A stretch of 64,000 nucleotides of DNA. It comes from the human T2T-CHM13v2.0 reference genome, Homo sapiens. This document shows positions 1 through 12,455 of the stretch, piece after piece; position 1 is the stretch's first letter, and each line of letters starts with the position of its first letter. Both the position numbers and the translations under genes were made by a program. Under the pieces are notes generated by a model that was not told the origin of the DNA, ran no database searches, and worked only from the letters and a program-made list of their open reading frames with translations. The stretch is taken from NCBI RefSeq assembly GCF_009914755.1, contig NC_060926.1; one strand, given 5' to 3'.

Positions 1-405
1 TCTGCTCCTCCACCCTATAATCTTTTTATCACCTCCCCTCCTCACACCTGGTCCGGCTTACAGTTTCGTTCCGTGACTAGCCCTCCCGCTCCTGCCCAGC
101 AATTTACTCTTAAAAAGGTGGCTGGAGCTAAAGGCATAGTCAAGGTTAATGCTCCTTTTCCTTACCCCAAATCAGATAGCGTTTAGGCTTTTTTTCATCA
201 AATATAAAAATCCAGCCCAGTTCATGACTTGTTTGGCAACAACCCTGAGACACTTTACAGCCCTAGACCCTAAAAGGTGAAAAGGCCGTCTTATTCTCAA
301 AACACATTTTATTAGCCAATCTGCTCCTGACATTAAATAAAACTCCAAAAATTAAATTCCAGCCCCCAAACCCCACAACAGGATTTAATTAACCTCACCT
401 TCAAG

Positions 406-714
406 GTGTACAATAATAGAAAAAAGTTGCAATTCCTTGCCTCCACTGTGAGACAAACCCCAGCCACATCTCCAGCACACAAGAACTTCCAAATGCCTGA
501 ACCGCAGCGGCCAGGCGTTCCTCCAGAACGTCCTCCCACAGGAGCTTGCTACACATGCTGGAAATCTGGCCACTGGGCCAAGGAATGCCCGCAGCCCGGG
601 ATTCCTCCTAAGCCGTGTCCCATCTGTGTGGGACCCCACCGAAAATCAGACTTCAACTCACCTGGCAGCCACTCCCAGCGCCCCTGGAACTCTGGCCCAA
701 GGCTCTCTGACTGA
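406..714 (+). pseudogene. gag: HERV-H Gag C-terminal/nucleocapsid remnant
   Basis: CYTCWKSGHWAKEC fits the CX2CX4HX4C knuckle, followed by a degenerate second knuckle (CPICVGPHRKSD). Confidence 0.9.
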
Positions 715-820
715 CTCCTTCCCAGATCTTCTCGGCTTAGCAGCTGAAGACTGACACTGCCCGATTGCCTCGGAAGCCCCCTAGACCATCACGGACGCCG
801 AGCTTCGGGTAACTCTCACA

Positions 821-1045
821 GTGGAAGGTAAGCCTGTCCCCTTCTTAATCAATACGGAGGCCACCCACTCCACATTACCTTCTTTTCAAGGGCCTGTTTC
901 CCTTGCCTCCATAACTGTTGTGGGTATTGACGGCCAGGCTTCTAAACCTCTTAAAACTCCCCAACTCTGGTGCCAACTTAGACAATACTCTTTTAAGCAC
1001 TCCTTTTTAGTTATCCCCACCTGCCCAGTTCCCTTATTAGGCTGA
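821..1045 (+). pseudogene. pro: HERV-H protease remnant (inactive)
   Basis: PVPFLINTEATHSTL aligns to the FLxDTGA motif with the catalytic D lost. PTCPVPLLG is followed by a premature stop. Confidence 0.85.
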
Positions 1046-1198
1046 GACACTTTAACTAAATTATCTGCTTCCCTGACTATTCCTGGACTACAGCTGTATC
1101 TCATTGCCGCCCTTCTTCCCAATCCAAAGCCTCCTTTGCATCCTCCTCTTGTATCCCCCAACCTTAACCCACAAGTATAAGATACCTCTACTCCCTCC

Positions 1199-2990
1199 TT
1201 GGCAACCGATCATGCACCCCTTACCATCTCATTAAAACCTAATCACCCTTACCCCACTCAATGCCAATATCCCATCCCGCAGCACGCTTTAAAAAGATTA
1301 AAGCCTGTTATCACTCGCCTGCTACAGCATGGCCTTTTAAAGCCTATAAACTCTCCTTACAAGTCCCCCATTTTATCTGTCCTAAAACCAGACAAGCCTT
1401 ACAAGTTAGTTCAGGATCTGCGCCTTATCAACCACATTGTTTTGCCTATCCACCCCATGGTGCCAAACCCATATACTCTCCTATCCTCAATATCTGCCTC
1501 TACAACCCATTATTCTGTTCTAGATCTCAAACATGCTTTCTTTACTATTCCTTTGCACCCTTAATCCCAGCCTCTCTTCATTTTCACTTGGACTGACCCT
1601 GACACCCATCAAGCTCAGCAAATTACCTAGGCTGTACTGCCGCAAAGCTTCACAGACAGCCCCCATTATTTCAATCAAGTCCAAATTTCTTCCTCATCTG
1701 TTACCTATCTCGGCATAATTCTCATAAAAACACACGTGCTCTCCTTGCCAATCGTGTCCGACTGATCTCTCAAACCCAAGCACCTTCTACAAAACAACTC
1801 CTTTCCTTCCTAGGCATGGTTAGCGCAGTCAGAATTCTTACACAAAAGCCAGGACCACATCCTGTAGCCTTTTTGTCCAAACAACTTGACCTTACTGTTT
1901 TAGGCTGGCCATCATGTCTCCGTGCAGCCGCTGCTGCTGCCCTAATACTTTTAGAGGCCCTCAAAGTCACAAACTATGCTCAACTCACTCTCTACAGTTC
2001 TCATAACTTCCAAAATCTATTTTCTTCCTCATAGCTGACGCATATACTCTCTGCTTCCCGGCTCCTTCAGCTATACTCACTCTTGGTTGAATCTCCCACA
2101 ATTACCATTGTTCCTGGCCCAGACTTCAATCCGGCCTCCCACATTATTCTTGATACCACACCTGACCCCCTTGACTGTATCTCTCTGATCCACCTGACAT
2201 TCACCCCATTTCCCCAAATTTCCTTCTTTCCTGTTCCTCACCCTGATCATGCTTGATTTATTGATGGCGGTTCCACCAGGCCTAATCGCCACACACCAGC
2301 AAAGGCAGGTTATGCTATAGTACGAGCCACTAGCCCGCCTCTTAGAACCTCTCATTTCCTTTCCATCGTGGAAATCTATCCTCAAGGAAATAACTTCTCA
2401 GTGTTCCATCTGCTATTCTACTACTTCTCAGGGATTATTCAGGCCCCCTCCCTTCCCTACACACCAAGCTCGAGGATTTGCCCCACCCAGGACTGGCAAA
2501 TTAGCTTTACTCAAAATGCCCTGAGTCAGATAACTAAAATACCTCTTAGTCTAGGTAGATACTTTCACTGGATAGGTAGAGGCCTTTCCTACAGGGTCTG
2601 AGAAGCCACCGCAGTCATTTCTTCCCTTCTGTCAGATATAATTCCTCAGTTTAGCCTTCCCACCTCAATACAGTCTGATAACAGATGAGCCTTTATTAGT
2701 CAAATCAGCCAAGCAGTTTTTCAGGCTCTTAGTATTCAGTGAAACCTTTATATCCCTTACGGTCATCCGTCTTCAAGAAAAGTAGAATGGACTAAAGGTC
2801 TTTTAAAAACACACTGCACCAAGCTCAGCCACCAACTTAAAAAGGACTGGACAATACTTTTACCACTTTCCCTTCTCAGAATTCAGGCCTGTCCTCGGAA
2901 TGCTACAGGGTACAGCCCATTTAAGCTCCTGTATAGATGCTCCTTTTTATTAGGCCCCAGTCTCATTCCAGACACCAGACCAACTTAGAC
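1199..2990 (+). pseudogene. pol: HERV-H pol remnants (RT, RNase H, integrase), frameshifted and internally deleted
   Basis: YKLVQDLRLIN, PNPYTLLS and LDLKHAFFTIPLHP (RT); PVAFLSKQLD..GWPSCLRAAAA (RT connection); QDWQISFT (integrase). Many stops, and no YxDD motif seen. Confidence 0.9.
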
Positions 2991-3577
2991 TGTGCCCCCA
3001 AAAACTTGTCATCCCTACTATCTTCTGTCTAGTCATACTCCTATTCACTGTTCTCAACTACTCGTACATGCCCTGCTCTTGTTTACACTGCCAGTTTATA
3101 CTGTTTTTCCAAGCCATCATAGCTGATATCTCCTGATGCTATCCCCAAACTGCCACTTTTAACTCTTGAAGTAAATAAATAATCTTTGCTGGCAGGACTA
3201 TGCTGAATCTCCTTAGGCACTCTCTAATCAGATATCCTGAGTCATCCCAATTCTTAGACCTTTTATACCTGTTTTTCTCCTTCTGTTATTCCATTTAGTT
3301 TCTCAATTCATCCAAAACCGTTATCCAGGCCATCACCAATCATTCTATACGACAAACGTTTCTTCTAACATCCCCACAATATCACCCCTTACCACAAGAC
3401 CTCCCTTCAGCTTAATCTCTCCCACTCTAGGGTCCCACGCTGCCCCTAATCCCGCTTGAAGCAGCCCTGAGAAACATCGCCCATTCTCTCCCCATACCAC
3501 CCCCCAAAAATTTTCGCCACCCCAACACTTCAACATTATTTTGTTTTATTTTTCTTATTAATATAAGAAGGCAGGAA

Positions 3578-4029
3578 TGTCAGGCCTCTGAGCCCAAGCC
3601 AAGCCATCGCATCCCCTGTGACTTGCACGTATACACCCAGATGGCCTGAAGTAACTGAAGAATCACAAAAGAAGTGAATATGCCCTGCCCCACCTTAACT
3701 GATGACATTCCACCACAAAAGAAGTGTAAATGGCCGGTCCTTGCCTTAAGTGATGACATTACCTTGTGAAAGTCCTTTTCCTGGCTCATCCTGGCTCGAA
3801 AACACCCCCACTGAGCACCTTGTGACCCCCACTCCTGCCCGCCAGAGAACAACCCCCCTTTGACTGTAATTTTCCTTTACCTACCCAAATCCTATAAAAC
3901 GGCCCCATCCCTATCTCCCTTCGCTGACTCTCTTTTCAGACTCAGCCCGCCTGCACCCAGGTGAAATAAACGGCCATTTCGCTCACACAAAGCCTGTTTG
4001 GTGGTCTCTTCACACGGATGCGCATGAAA
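3578..4029 (+). mobile_element. HERV-H 3' LTR (LTR7)
   Basis: Starts TGTCAGGCCTCTGAGCCCAAGC and ends GCGCATGAAA, ~452 bp. TATA-like TATAAAA at 3893, AATAAA at 3965, ACAAAAGA SOX-like motifs at 3665 and 3715. Confidence 0.97.
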
Positions 4030-4039
4030 AAAATAAAAA

Positions 4040-4830
4040 AGACAGATTTGATTATAAGTTAAAGTATAGAGCCAATACCCATGAGTCCATACTGATGTAA
4101 ATATATTATTGAATAAAGAAATAAATAAGAATGAGAAACAATTTTAAAAAAATCCAAACAACATATATGCTCTACCTCCAAGGAGGTGCAATCCACAGCC
4201 CCATCCCCTAGGTGTGAGCTGAGCATACTGGCTTCCTTTCAAAGAGTACAGCCAGAAAAAGGGGACGCTTGACAAACACTGCCTCAGCCAGGTGATGAAG
4301 AGTGACATCAACAATTATAAGTCATCTTGATGGTATATGCACTTGATATAAGGTGATAACAATGACACTTTATCTCTGTGGTCTTCCTTTTTCAAACCCA
4401 CAGCCCAATCTAATCATGAGATAAACATCAGACAAATCCCAAGTAAAGGACATTCTACAAAATACCTGGCCGGTACTCTTCAAACCTATAAAGTAATCAA
4501 AAACAAGGAAAACCTGAGAAGCTGTCACAGCCCAGAAGTGCCTAAGGAAACATGGTGGCTAAGTGGAATGTGGTTTTGGGCTGCAAACCTGGAACAAAAA
4601 AAAAAGACATTAAGTAAAAACTAGAGAAATCTAAATAAAACATTGGTTTTAGTTAATAAGAATGTATTGTTTTTCAATTGTAAAAGGCTATACTATGCTA
4701 AATAAGATCTTTACTAGGAGAACTTGAGCATGAGGTTTAACAGCATTCCCTGAGCTCTCTACAGAGACTGTGATTTTTTTCTGTAGATCAAAATTCGTTG
4801 TGTCAAAACATTTATTTTTTAAAAATACAA
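4040..4830 (+). mobile_element. Old L1 3' region (L1MC/L1MD-like), probable host of the HERV-H insertion
   Basis: Resembles recalled L1MC/MD 3' UTR consensus (CTAATCATGAGA..ACATCAGACAAATCCCAA..GACATTCTACAAAATACCTG). Confidence 0.7.
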
Positions 4831-5169
4831 AATAGTGAGATTACCCCAATTTCTGGACAGTTACATTAATACAGATTGCAACGAAATCATTCGGTGTAAA
4901 GTATTTGAATTTAGAAGATGGATTTTTGAGCCAGACATCATCTCAGAATGCCTGTTGCTCCCAGTGACTTGATTTAAAATGTGGAGACTGAGTCTCCAAT
5001 AAGACAAACGACTCGTCTAAATTCCTCCAGGGATCGAATCATCTTAGAAATAATCTCTTCTGTTCTCAGGCCAGATTTCCACCCCATGAACAATGCTGCC
5101 CTTTTAAATATCCTCATTTACGAGTCATGCTTCAGGAAATGTGACTAAATCAAAAGCATTTAAGTTCTA

Positions 5170-5248
5170 TCAGGTTGGTGCAGAAGAAATTGCGGTTTTG
5201 GTCATTACTTTTAATGGCAAAAAATGCAACTACTTTTCACCAAACTAA
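5170..5248. mobile_element. MADE1 (Hsmar1-derived MITE)
   Basis: ~80-bp imperfect palindrome TCAGGTTGGTGCAGAAG...CTTTTCACCAAACTAA flanked by TA on both sides. Confidence 0.9.
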
Positions 5249-6244
5249 TACAGAGTTTGATTACCCAAGTTCTTTGCTGAAGACTGTTTTGTTTTTCTCT
5301 GAAACATACTGAACTCCTCAGATTCAGGCTTGTGTGTGTGTGATAAGTATATAAGTATAGCATATGCATATTCCTCCTTTAGATATTCCAAGTACACGGA
5401 GGTGCTTGAGAGTCAGTTTGTAATCTGGGGAGTTTTCTGCAGAGATTGTCAGAGAGGAGTCCATGCAGTTGGTGTTAAGCATTGCTCCCAAGCATTTTGG
5501 AATTAAAAAAGCTAAACAATAACAATATAACAAGAGTGTAGAAAAAGAGGAAAGGGAAGAGAACTTTGACTTTCTGAAGTACTTCCAGGTTAGCGGATGA
5601 CAATGAGGTAAGTAATAGGAAAGCATGAGGTTTGGAAGACAGAAGGAAAATGTATAGTCTGCAAATGAAAGGCTGTGAGCTCCAGAAGCATCAGCCTTAA
5701 GTGCTCCAAGTCAGGACCAGAGAGACCCACAGGGCATTCCAGAGCCTCACAGGCAGGCCAGGAGTGTTCTGCTCACATCTCTCGGGGAATAATCTGCCTT
5801 TTAAAGGAGTTACCTGCAGCTCAATTACAAATAATGAAACCAATTCAGCTCATTAAGAGAAACTCCACAGGTACCATTCAAAGGAGAATCCAGTAAAAAG
5901 TCTTCCAGAGTTTCTTGCAGGCTGATTTTACCATTTCCTCCTGTCTTCAGCAGCTGATGTATTTACAAACATGTAGGAACATAAGGCAATTGGTAAGTCA
6001 TTAAACACTGTGGAATATGCATTAGGGACATTGTGTATATAGTGCTGAATACCTAACCTCACTTTCCACTGGGAATGAGGTAGGAGAGAATGGCTCCAGA
6101 TGGTCGGAAGGTCTTAGGGCAGCAGTCAGGAAAAGCTTCTGGATACCAAAACTTAAATAGGATGCAGAATTGGGAGAACTAGCGACAAAACCAGAAATAA
6201 TCATTTATATGTTACACTCTTTGCCCCAGAATGAGGATTTTACT

Positions 6245-6539
6245 TTATTTTATTATCTTATTTTTGGGACAGGTTCTCGCTCTGTTGACCAGGCTGCAGT
6301 GCAGTGGTGCAATCATGGCTCACTGCAGCCTCAGCCTCTTGGGCTCAAGTGATCCTCCTGCCCCAATCTCTTGAGTAGCTTGAACTACAGGCACATGCCA
6401 CCATGCCCAGCTAATTTTTTTTAAAGATGGGGTCTCACTATGTTGCCCAGGCTGGTCTCAACCTCCTGGGCCCAAGTGATTCTCCTGCCTAGGCCTCCCA
6501 AAGTGCCAGGATTGCAGCTGTGAGCCACTATGCCCAGCC
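6245..6539 (-). mobile_element. AluJ
   Basis: Diverged dimeric Alu in antisense, with degenerate TSD AGAATGA(GG/AT)ATTT. Confidence 0.92.
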
Positions 6540-8309
6540 TAGAATGAATATTTTAGAGAGAACAGATGTAGGAAAAGATTAAGTCTAGAAAGGAAAATGC
6601 ACTTAAGTGGCGTCATTTGGAAAAGGATCTGGGCTCGCTGTGGGCCTGGGTGTGTGAGTATGAGACCCTCAAGCTGCCCATCTGTCATGCCGGTGTGAGC
6701 AGATGGAAGCAAATTTCAGAAAGGCCTCGATTTTTGAATAGACCCAGGTTCTAGTAGATTTTCTTCTTTGTTTCCCTTCCACTTAATTAACTCCTTGCTT
6801 CCTTTCCTGACTCTTCTCATCCTGGAGCCGTACTCCCGCATCCCTCACCTCAAACATCTACAGTGTCAACGCTCATAATAGCAAGGCCTGTCGTTTGAAC
6901 AAGGCCAATGTGTTTCTTCAAGGACATCTTTCTCCTGGCTACTAGGGCACTCTTTCTGAAGCCCAGGCGCCACAGTAGAGCCTTCGTTCTGGATTCAGTT
7001 CTTGATTTCTGAGACTGCCTCATCAGAATTTGAACTCGTTGTCATTTATTTACCCCATACCCTAAATATTCGCCCCTCTCCACATTTCTTACCCAGCCCA
7101 GTGACTGAAATTTAAGACCAGTCTTAGGTCTTTTTCTCATCATGGAGGAGATTCTACCGTTTTCACCTTGGATTTGTCACCTGCCTAACCATTCTCCTAG
7201 CTTTGGACTTCATTCTCACACCTGAGATAGTGATTCTTTAGGTGTTATCTACTTACTAATGTCTTATTACTAAGCATGCAAATATATTCCCATTGCATCA
7301 TTTCAGAACTTTCTCATGAAGATAAATTTAAAAGGGCTCAAAATTTGTCACCTGTAATGATGAATAAATGTCTTATAATAGTCAAATACAACATTTTAAA
7401 GGAAAGAAATTATTGTGCCAACCTCTTCCGCATTGCTAAAGAGAATAATGCTGCACATTCCTCTGAAGCCATGAAATAGAGGTGCCCACATAAGAAGCAG
7501 CTTGAAAAAAAAAAAAAAAAAAAAGAAGAAGCAGCTTGAAAAAAATAATGCACGAAAAGTTTAGTGCCAGCCCTGGTGATATTGGATGGTGCATGGAGGC
7601 GATTCCACTGCTTGCCTTCTCGGGCTGTTGCTTTATCCTATATTTGGGTGACACATCTTCTAATCCAGAGGCGCATGGCCCTCGTGCAGGAATGTAATTC
7701 TAATTGCTGTGAAAATGCACGCTTCTCCCTTTGCAGTGGGTTCCAGTGCATACAAAAGTGAATTAACATAGGCTGCTAATCTATATTTTGCCCACCATCC
7801 AAAAATATTACAACTTTATTTTCTGAAATTTTAGATGATGTGGGAATAGAAATGACATGGGCTTCTACTTTGCTTAATTTATTGAAACTTAAAATTCCTT
7901 CATAATATGACTGCCTGGAACTTATCAGATTAGATAATTCACTTTTCCCTAGAGAGCTCTTCATTTTTTTGATTTAGTGAAAACCATATGCTTTTACCTA
8001 CAGGTGTACTTTACATTGCCTTTAGCAAACATGGGTGGATTTCTTTGCAACACACGAGAGATAAGGCTAACACCAGGTGAGTTAAATAAGTTTTTACTAT
8101 ATAAGTATATCATATTCTACTTAACTAATGATTACCTTATGAATTCTACACAACTAAAGATTACCTCATCAATCATCCAATGCAGTGGTTCTGCCTCTGG
8201 GTTTAAGAAAGAAACTCTAACGATGTAGACACCACTTTCAGTATTTTAAAGAGCCTAATAAAAAATTAGACATTCATCATTTAAGTCACAGAAAATGACT
8301 CAACAATCA

Positions 8310-8720
8310 ATTTATTTCCTTTCTTTCTTTCTGTCCTTTCATTTCTTCCATTTTCCTCCCTTTCTCCCTTCCTTCTTTCCTTCTTCCTTTCTTAGTTCTT
8401 TTCTTCTTTTCTCTTTTCTTTTCTCCTTTCTTTCTTTCTGTTTCTTTCTTTCTCTTTCTTCCTTTCTTTCTTTCTCTCTTTCTTTCTTTCCTTTTCTTTC
8501 TTCTTTCCTTTCCATTTTTCTTTCCTCTCTCCCTTCCCCCTCCCTCTCCTCCTTCCTTCTCTCTCATCCTTTTTTCTCTGCCTCCTTTCCTGTCTTCCTC
8601 CCTCCTTTCCTTCCTTCTTTCCTTCCTTTCTTCCTCCCTTCCTCTCTTTCATTTCTTCCTTCCCTCCCTCGCTTCCTGTATCCCTTCCTCCCTTTCTGTC
8701 TTTCCCCTCCTTCTTCTACT
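8310..8720. repeat. CT-rich polypyrimidine tract ((CTTT)n/(CCTT)n)
   Basis: ~400 bp almost entirely C/T on the + strand. Explains the F/S/L/P and K/R/E ORFs. Confidence 0.95.
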
Positions 8721-10268
8721 CACTTTGTCTGTCTCACTCAACGTGGTGACATGTTCTCTCCGTGCTCCATCACTGAGTTACCTCTCCCATCCCCGGCACC
8801 CACTGATAAGGAAAGTCCAGTTTAGAAATGCTGCAGTGCTCATCTCAGTTTCCTCAGGTACTTCCTGCTTGATTCCCTTTTGCTCTTTTATTTGTTAGAC
8901 TTTAGAATCTTAGATGTTGTCTTCCAGGCCATGGCATTTGGTCTCCTGAATGAATTCCTTAGTAATGACTTAGGAGAGTCAAACTTGCCCTTTTGTCTTG
9001 TCCTGGTTGAGCTACACCTGTGATTTCTGAACATCCAACTTCTCTGTCAGTACAGCCCCATGGCTGGTAGCTTTGTATTTTATGTGCCAACTAGAAGTTC
9101 GCACTAGCAGCTCTCTGTTGATACATAATTGAATGGAAACATGTACTTAAGTTTATAGACTACAATACCATTGAATTGTAGTTTGCTTTTGTTTTTATTT
9201 TTTCCAAGCATGAGCTCCACGTGAAGCAAAAAAGGAATATTTTTCCTTGAATAAACATGCAATACAGATCCATTACAATTCTTTCCCTTTAAACATCCAA
9301 AGTCCAGAAGTTTTAATGATTGGATGGAGCCTCCCTTCTTGTGAGCAGCAAAGTTATAATTCTGGGACACAGAAAGTAAAATGCCAGCTTTCGAGTCAAG
9401 CCTCGCATACCAAACGTTATTCCAGAAGTCCAGAAGAATAGAAATGAAAGTTTTAAAAAAAATAGTAAGTGAAGAATCACTTTATAAGCCAGTTCACTAA
9501 ATCAATCACTGTGGAGAATAGAAATTCTGGGTCACTTGTCTGTCTCAGTGACAAGTAGTAGGTATGAGGTCTGGTGACTTTTCTGAAATAAAATATTTGG
9601 CAATAGAAAACTGAAAAAAAGTGTGACATGTTTAACCCTTCCATATTTTCTCTCCCTGCCCAGGGAAGGGGCTTATGATCCTTTCCTAGGCCATGGTTCT
9701 TGAAGGTTGCATTGTTACAGGAAGTAGATGAAGCAGACATCCGGTTCTAAGGACTCAGTAGAGCACCGCAGTCAGGGTTTTTATGAGCTGTGAATGTGCA
9801 GCCGAGACATAAGAGCGGCCACTGGTCGAAAAGTTAGGGGCAAATCAGTAAGTCAGAAATCAAGCAGCAAAGTGGAAAAGCTTGGCTTCCAAATGAAACA
9901 CGTAGCTAGAATAGGAGGGGGGGATACAACGGAAGAGAAGATTGGAGAGAAGAAAGAACTCACCAACCTATGCTGATGCTGAACAAGTGCCAAGGATGAG
10001 CCAATGTTATTGAATCCTCATAACTGTCTTATCTCATTTAACACATGAAATACTTGAAGCTTTTAGAAGATAGGGAAATACGGGGATCACATAGCTAATA
10101 CGAGGAAGAGAGAGCACATCTCGGGAGAGTCATGAAGATTAATGGAAACTAAAGAGGCAAATATGGAACAAGAAAGAAAGCACCAGAGCCAAGGTGTCTT
10201 GGATCTGAAATATCTTCTCTCTTTGTAAGAAAAGCTCTATGTTTTCTAGGGTCTAATTAAAAGATTGG

Positions 10269-10631
10269 TGTATTAGTCCGTTTTCATGTCGCTGATAAAG
10301 ACATACCTGAGACCGAGTAATTTATAAAGAAAAAGAGGTTTAATGGACTTACAATTCCATGTGGCTGGGGAGGCTTCACAATCATGTCAGAAGGTGAAAG
10401 GCATGTCTTACATGGTGTCAGGTGAGGAAAGAATGAGAGCCAAGTGAAAGGGGAAACTCCTTATAAAACCATCAGATCTTGTGAGACTTATTCACTACCA
10501 CGAGAACAGTGTAGGGGAAACTGCCCCCATGATTCAATTATCTCCCACCAGGTCCCTCCCACAACATGTGGGAATTATGGGAGCTGCAATTCAAGATGAG
10601 ATTTGGGTGGGGACACAGCCACACCATATCA
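10269..10631 (-). mobile_element. THE1B/THE1C solo LTR (MaLR)
   Basis: TGTATTAGTCCG...GGGGACACAGCCACACCATATCA; flanks ATTGG / ATTTG resemble a degenerate 5-bp TSD. Confidence 0.9.
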
Positions 10632-12128
10632 ATTTGGAACAAACTGTAGCAAAAGAGAGCGAGTGAGACAGGAATGCCTGTTGATTCTGGCCCTTGTTCT
10701 TAGCTGAAGGAGACAACACCATGTACCCACCACTTATTACCATAGTAGAAATACCTTCCAGGTGGGTGAGGCTGTGCACTAAGCCTGCACACTTCAAACT
10801 TATTTTTCACTTTAAAGTCTACATTTTAAAGTCCTTTATAATATTAACGTAACTCATACATCTCCAAGTTAAACAGAAAATTAGTCTAGAATTCAATGTA
10901 GGTGGTTACTGCAGGATATTAGCACTTATGAATTACCGACCAGTACTGCTCTCTGTGCTTTTCTTACTCCCCATGTTACAGAGGAGAAAACTGAAGCAAT
11001 AGAGAATGAGTAACTGAACCAGCATTAAGCCATCTTGAAATCAGAAGGAACTGGGATTTAAACTGGAGTCTGTCTTACTCTAAATCCTATGTTCTTTTCA
11101 TTGTATCTTATAAATGTCAATGAAAAAATTCCTGTGAATTATTCTCTTATGCCATTCCCACATACAAATTCTCCAAACTCAAGTCAAACAGCTGAAACAG
11201 ACCAACATAGCTAATGCCAAGAGTTGTTTTTTCGTTTAATAGTTTTCTCAGAATCATCGTTATTTCTCAAAAGTCATTTTGTATTCATGCTTTATTGTCT
11301 ATTTCTTTGAACTTTAAAAACAACCAAAAATCTATGGCATTCTCATAGTTGTATGCTTATTTTTTCACAACTGGATCAAATTCAATGCTTCTAAACTCCC
11401 CTGGCTATTATTTTAGACATGGACATTTCATCAGGAATATTAGAAGAGCAATGGAGGGAACAACTAAATCTCATACGTTTTGCCCCAATCTATTTTTCAC
11501 GGCTTTGTGATTGTTATATTTTCCATAAAATTGATCTTCATGTAGACTGTTATGGTGAATTTCACAGTGGCGAATACAATTACCTCCAAATGTAGAAAGT
11601 GTAGTACTTGTCTACCTCTCTGCAGAGAGTGCGATCTTAGCATGTAAACAGTTATTGTGGGGGGATCATACCAGATTTCAGCTTGATCAGGGAGTGTGGA
11701 GTTGACACATGTTGGAGGTGAGAATTATATTGAGTATTCTTAATTAACAGTTGTGTTTGATCAGGGATTTAGAAGTTAGCACCTGTGAGAATGTGAGAAT
11801 TGAATTCTGAATGGCCGACCTAAGTGGAACAGCTTCCTTGTTGGTGGTGGAGCTTAAGGCATTTGCTAGGAGATGTGTAGGAAAGCCAAGATGAGTGATG
11901 TACATTGGAGGCACATGGTGATGCATTTCTGTTTTTAGGGAAAAAAGAATCACTCATTGGATAATGTATTATTTCTACTTTGAATGCCTCCAGAATCTGA
12001 CCACAATGCCTCCAGAATCTGACCACTTACGACTTGGATATCCAATTTTGTCTTAAATTTAACAATTATTTATCTACAGGTAAGGCAGCGTAGCTCACTA
12101 GAAGGGAATTGTGTTTGGAATTGGATAG

Positions 12129-12455
<327 letters not shown>

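Larger units (their letters stand above)
1..3577 (+). mobile_element. HERV-H provirus internal region (gag-pro-pol remnants, env largely deleted); 5' part lies outside the window
   Basis: C/T-rich HERV-H-like sequence. ORF fragments carry a CCHC zinc knuckle, a degenerate protease site and RT motifs. Polypurine tract AAGAAGGCAGGAA (3565-3577) directly precedes the LTR. Confidence 0.97.

Noticed and set aside
1-3577. Coding-competent HERV-H
   Set aside because: Multiple stops and frameshifts, protease catalytic Asp lost, RT YxDD region and most of env absent.
8295-8825. 176-aa F/S/L/P ORF and antisense K/R/E ORFs
   Set aside because: Translation of a CT low-complexity tract.
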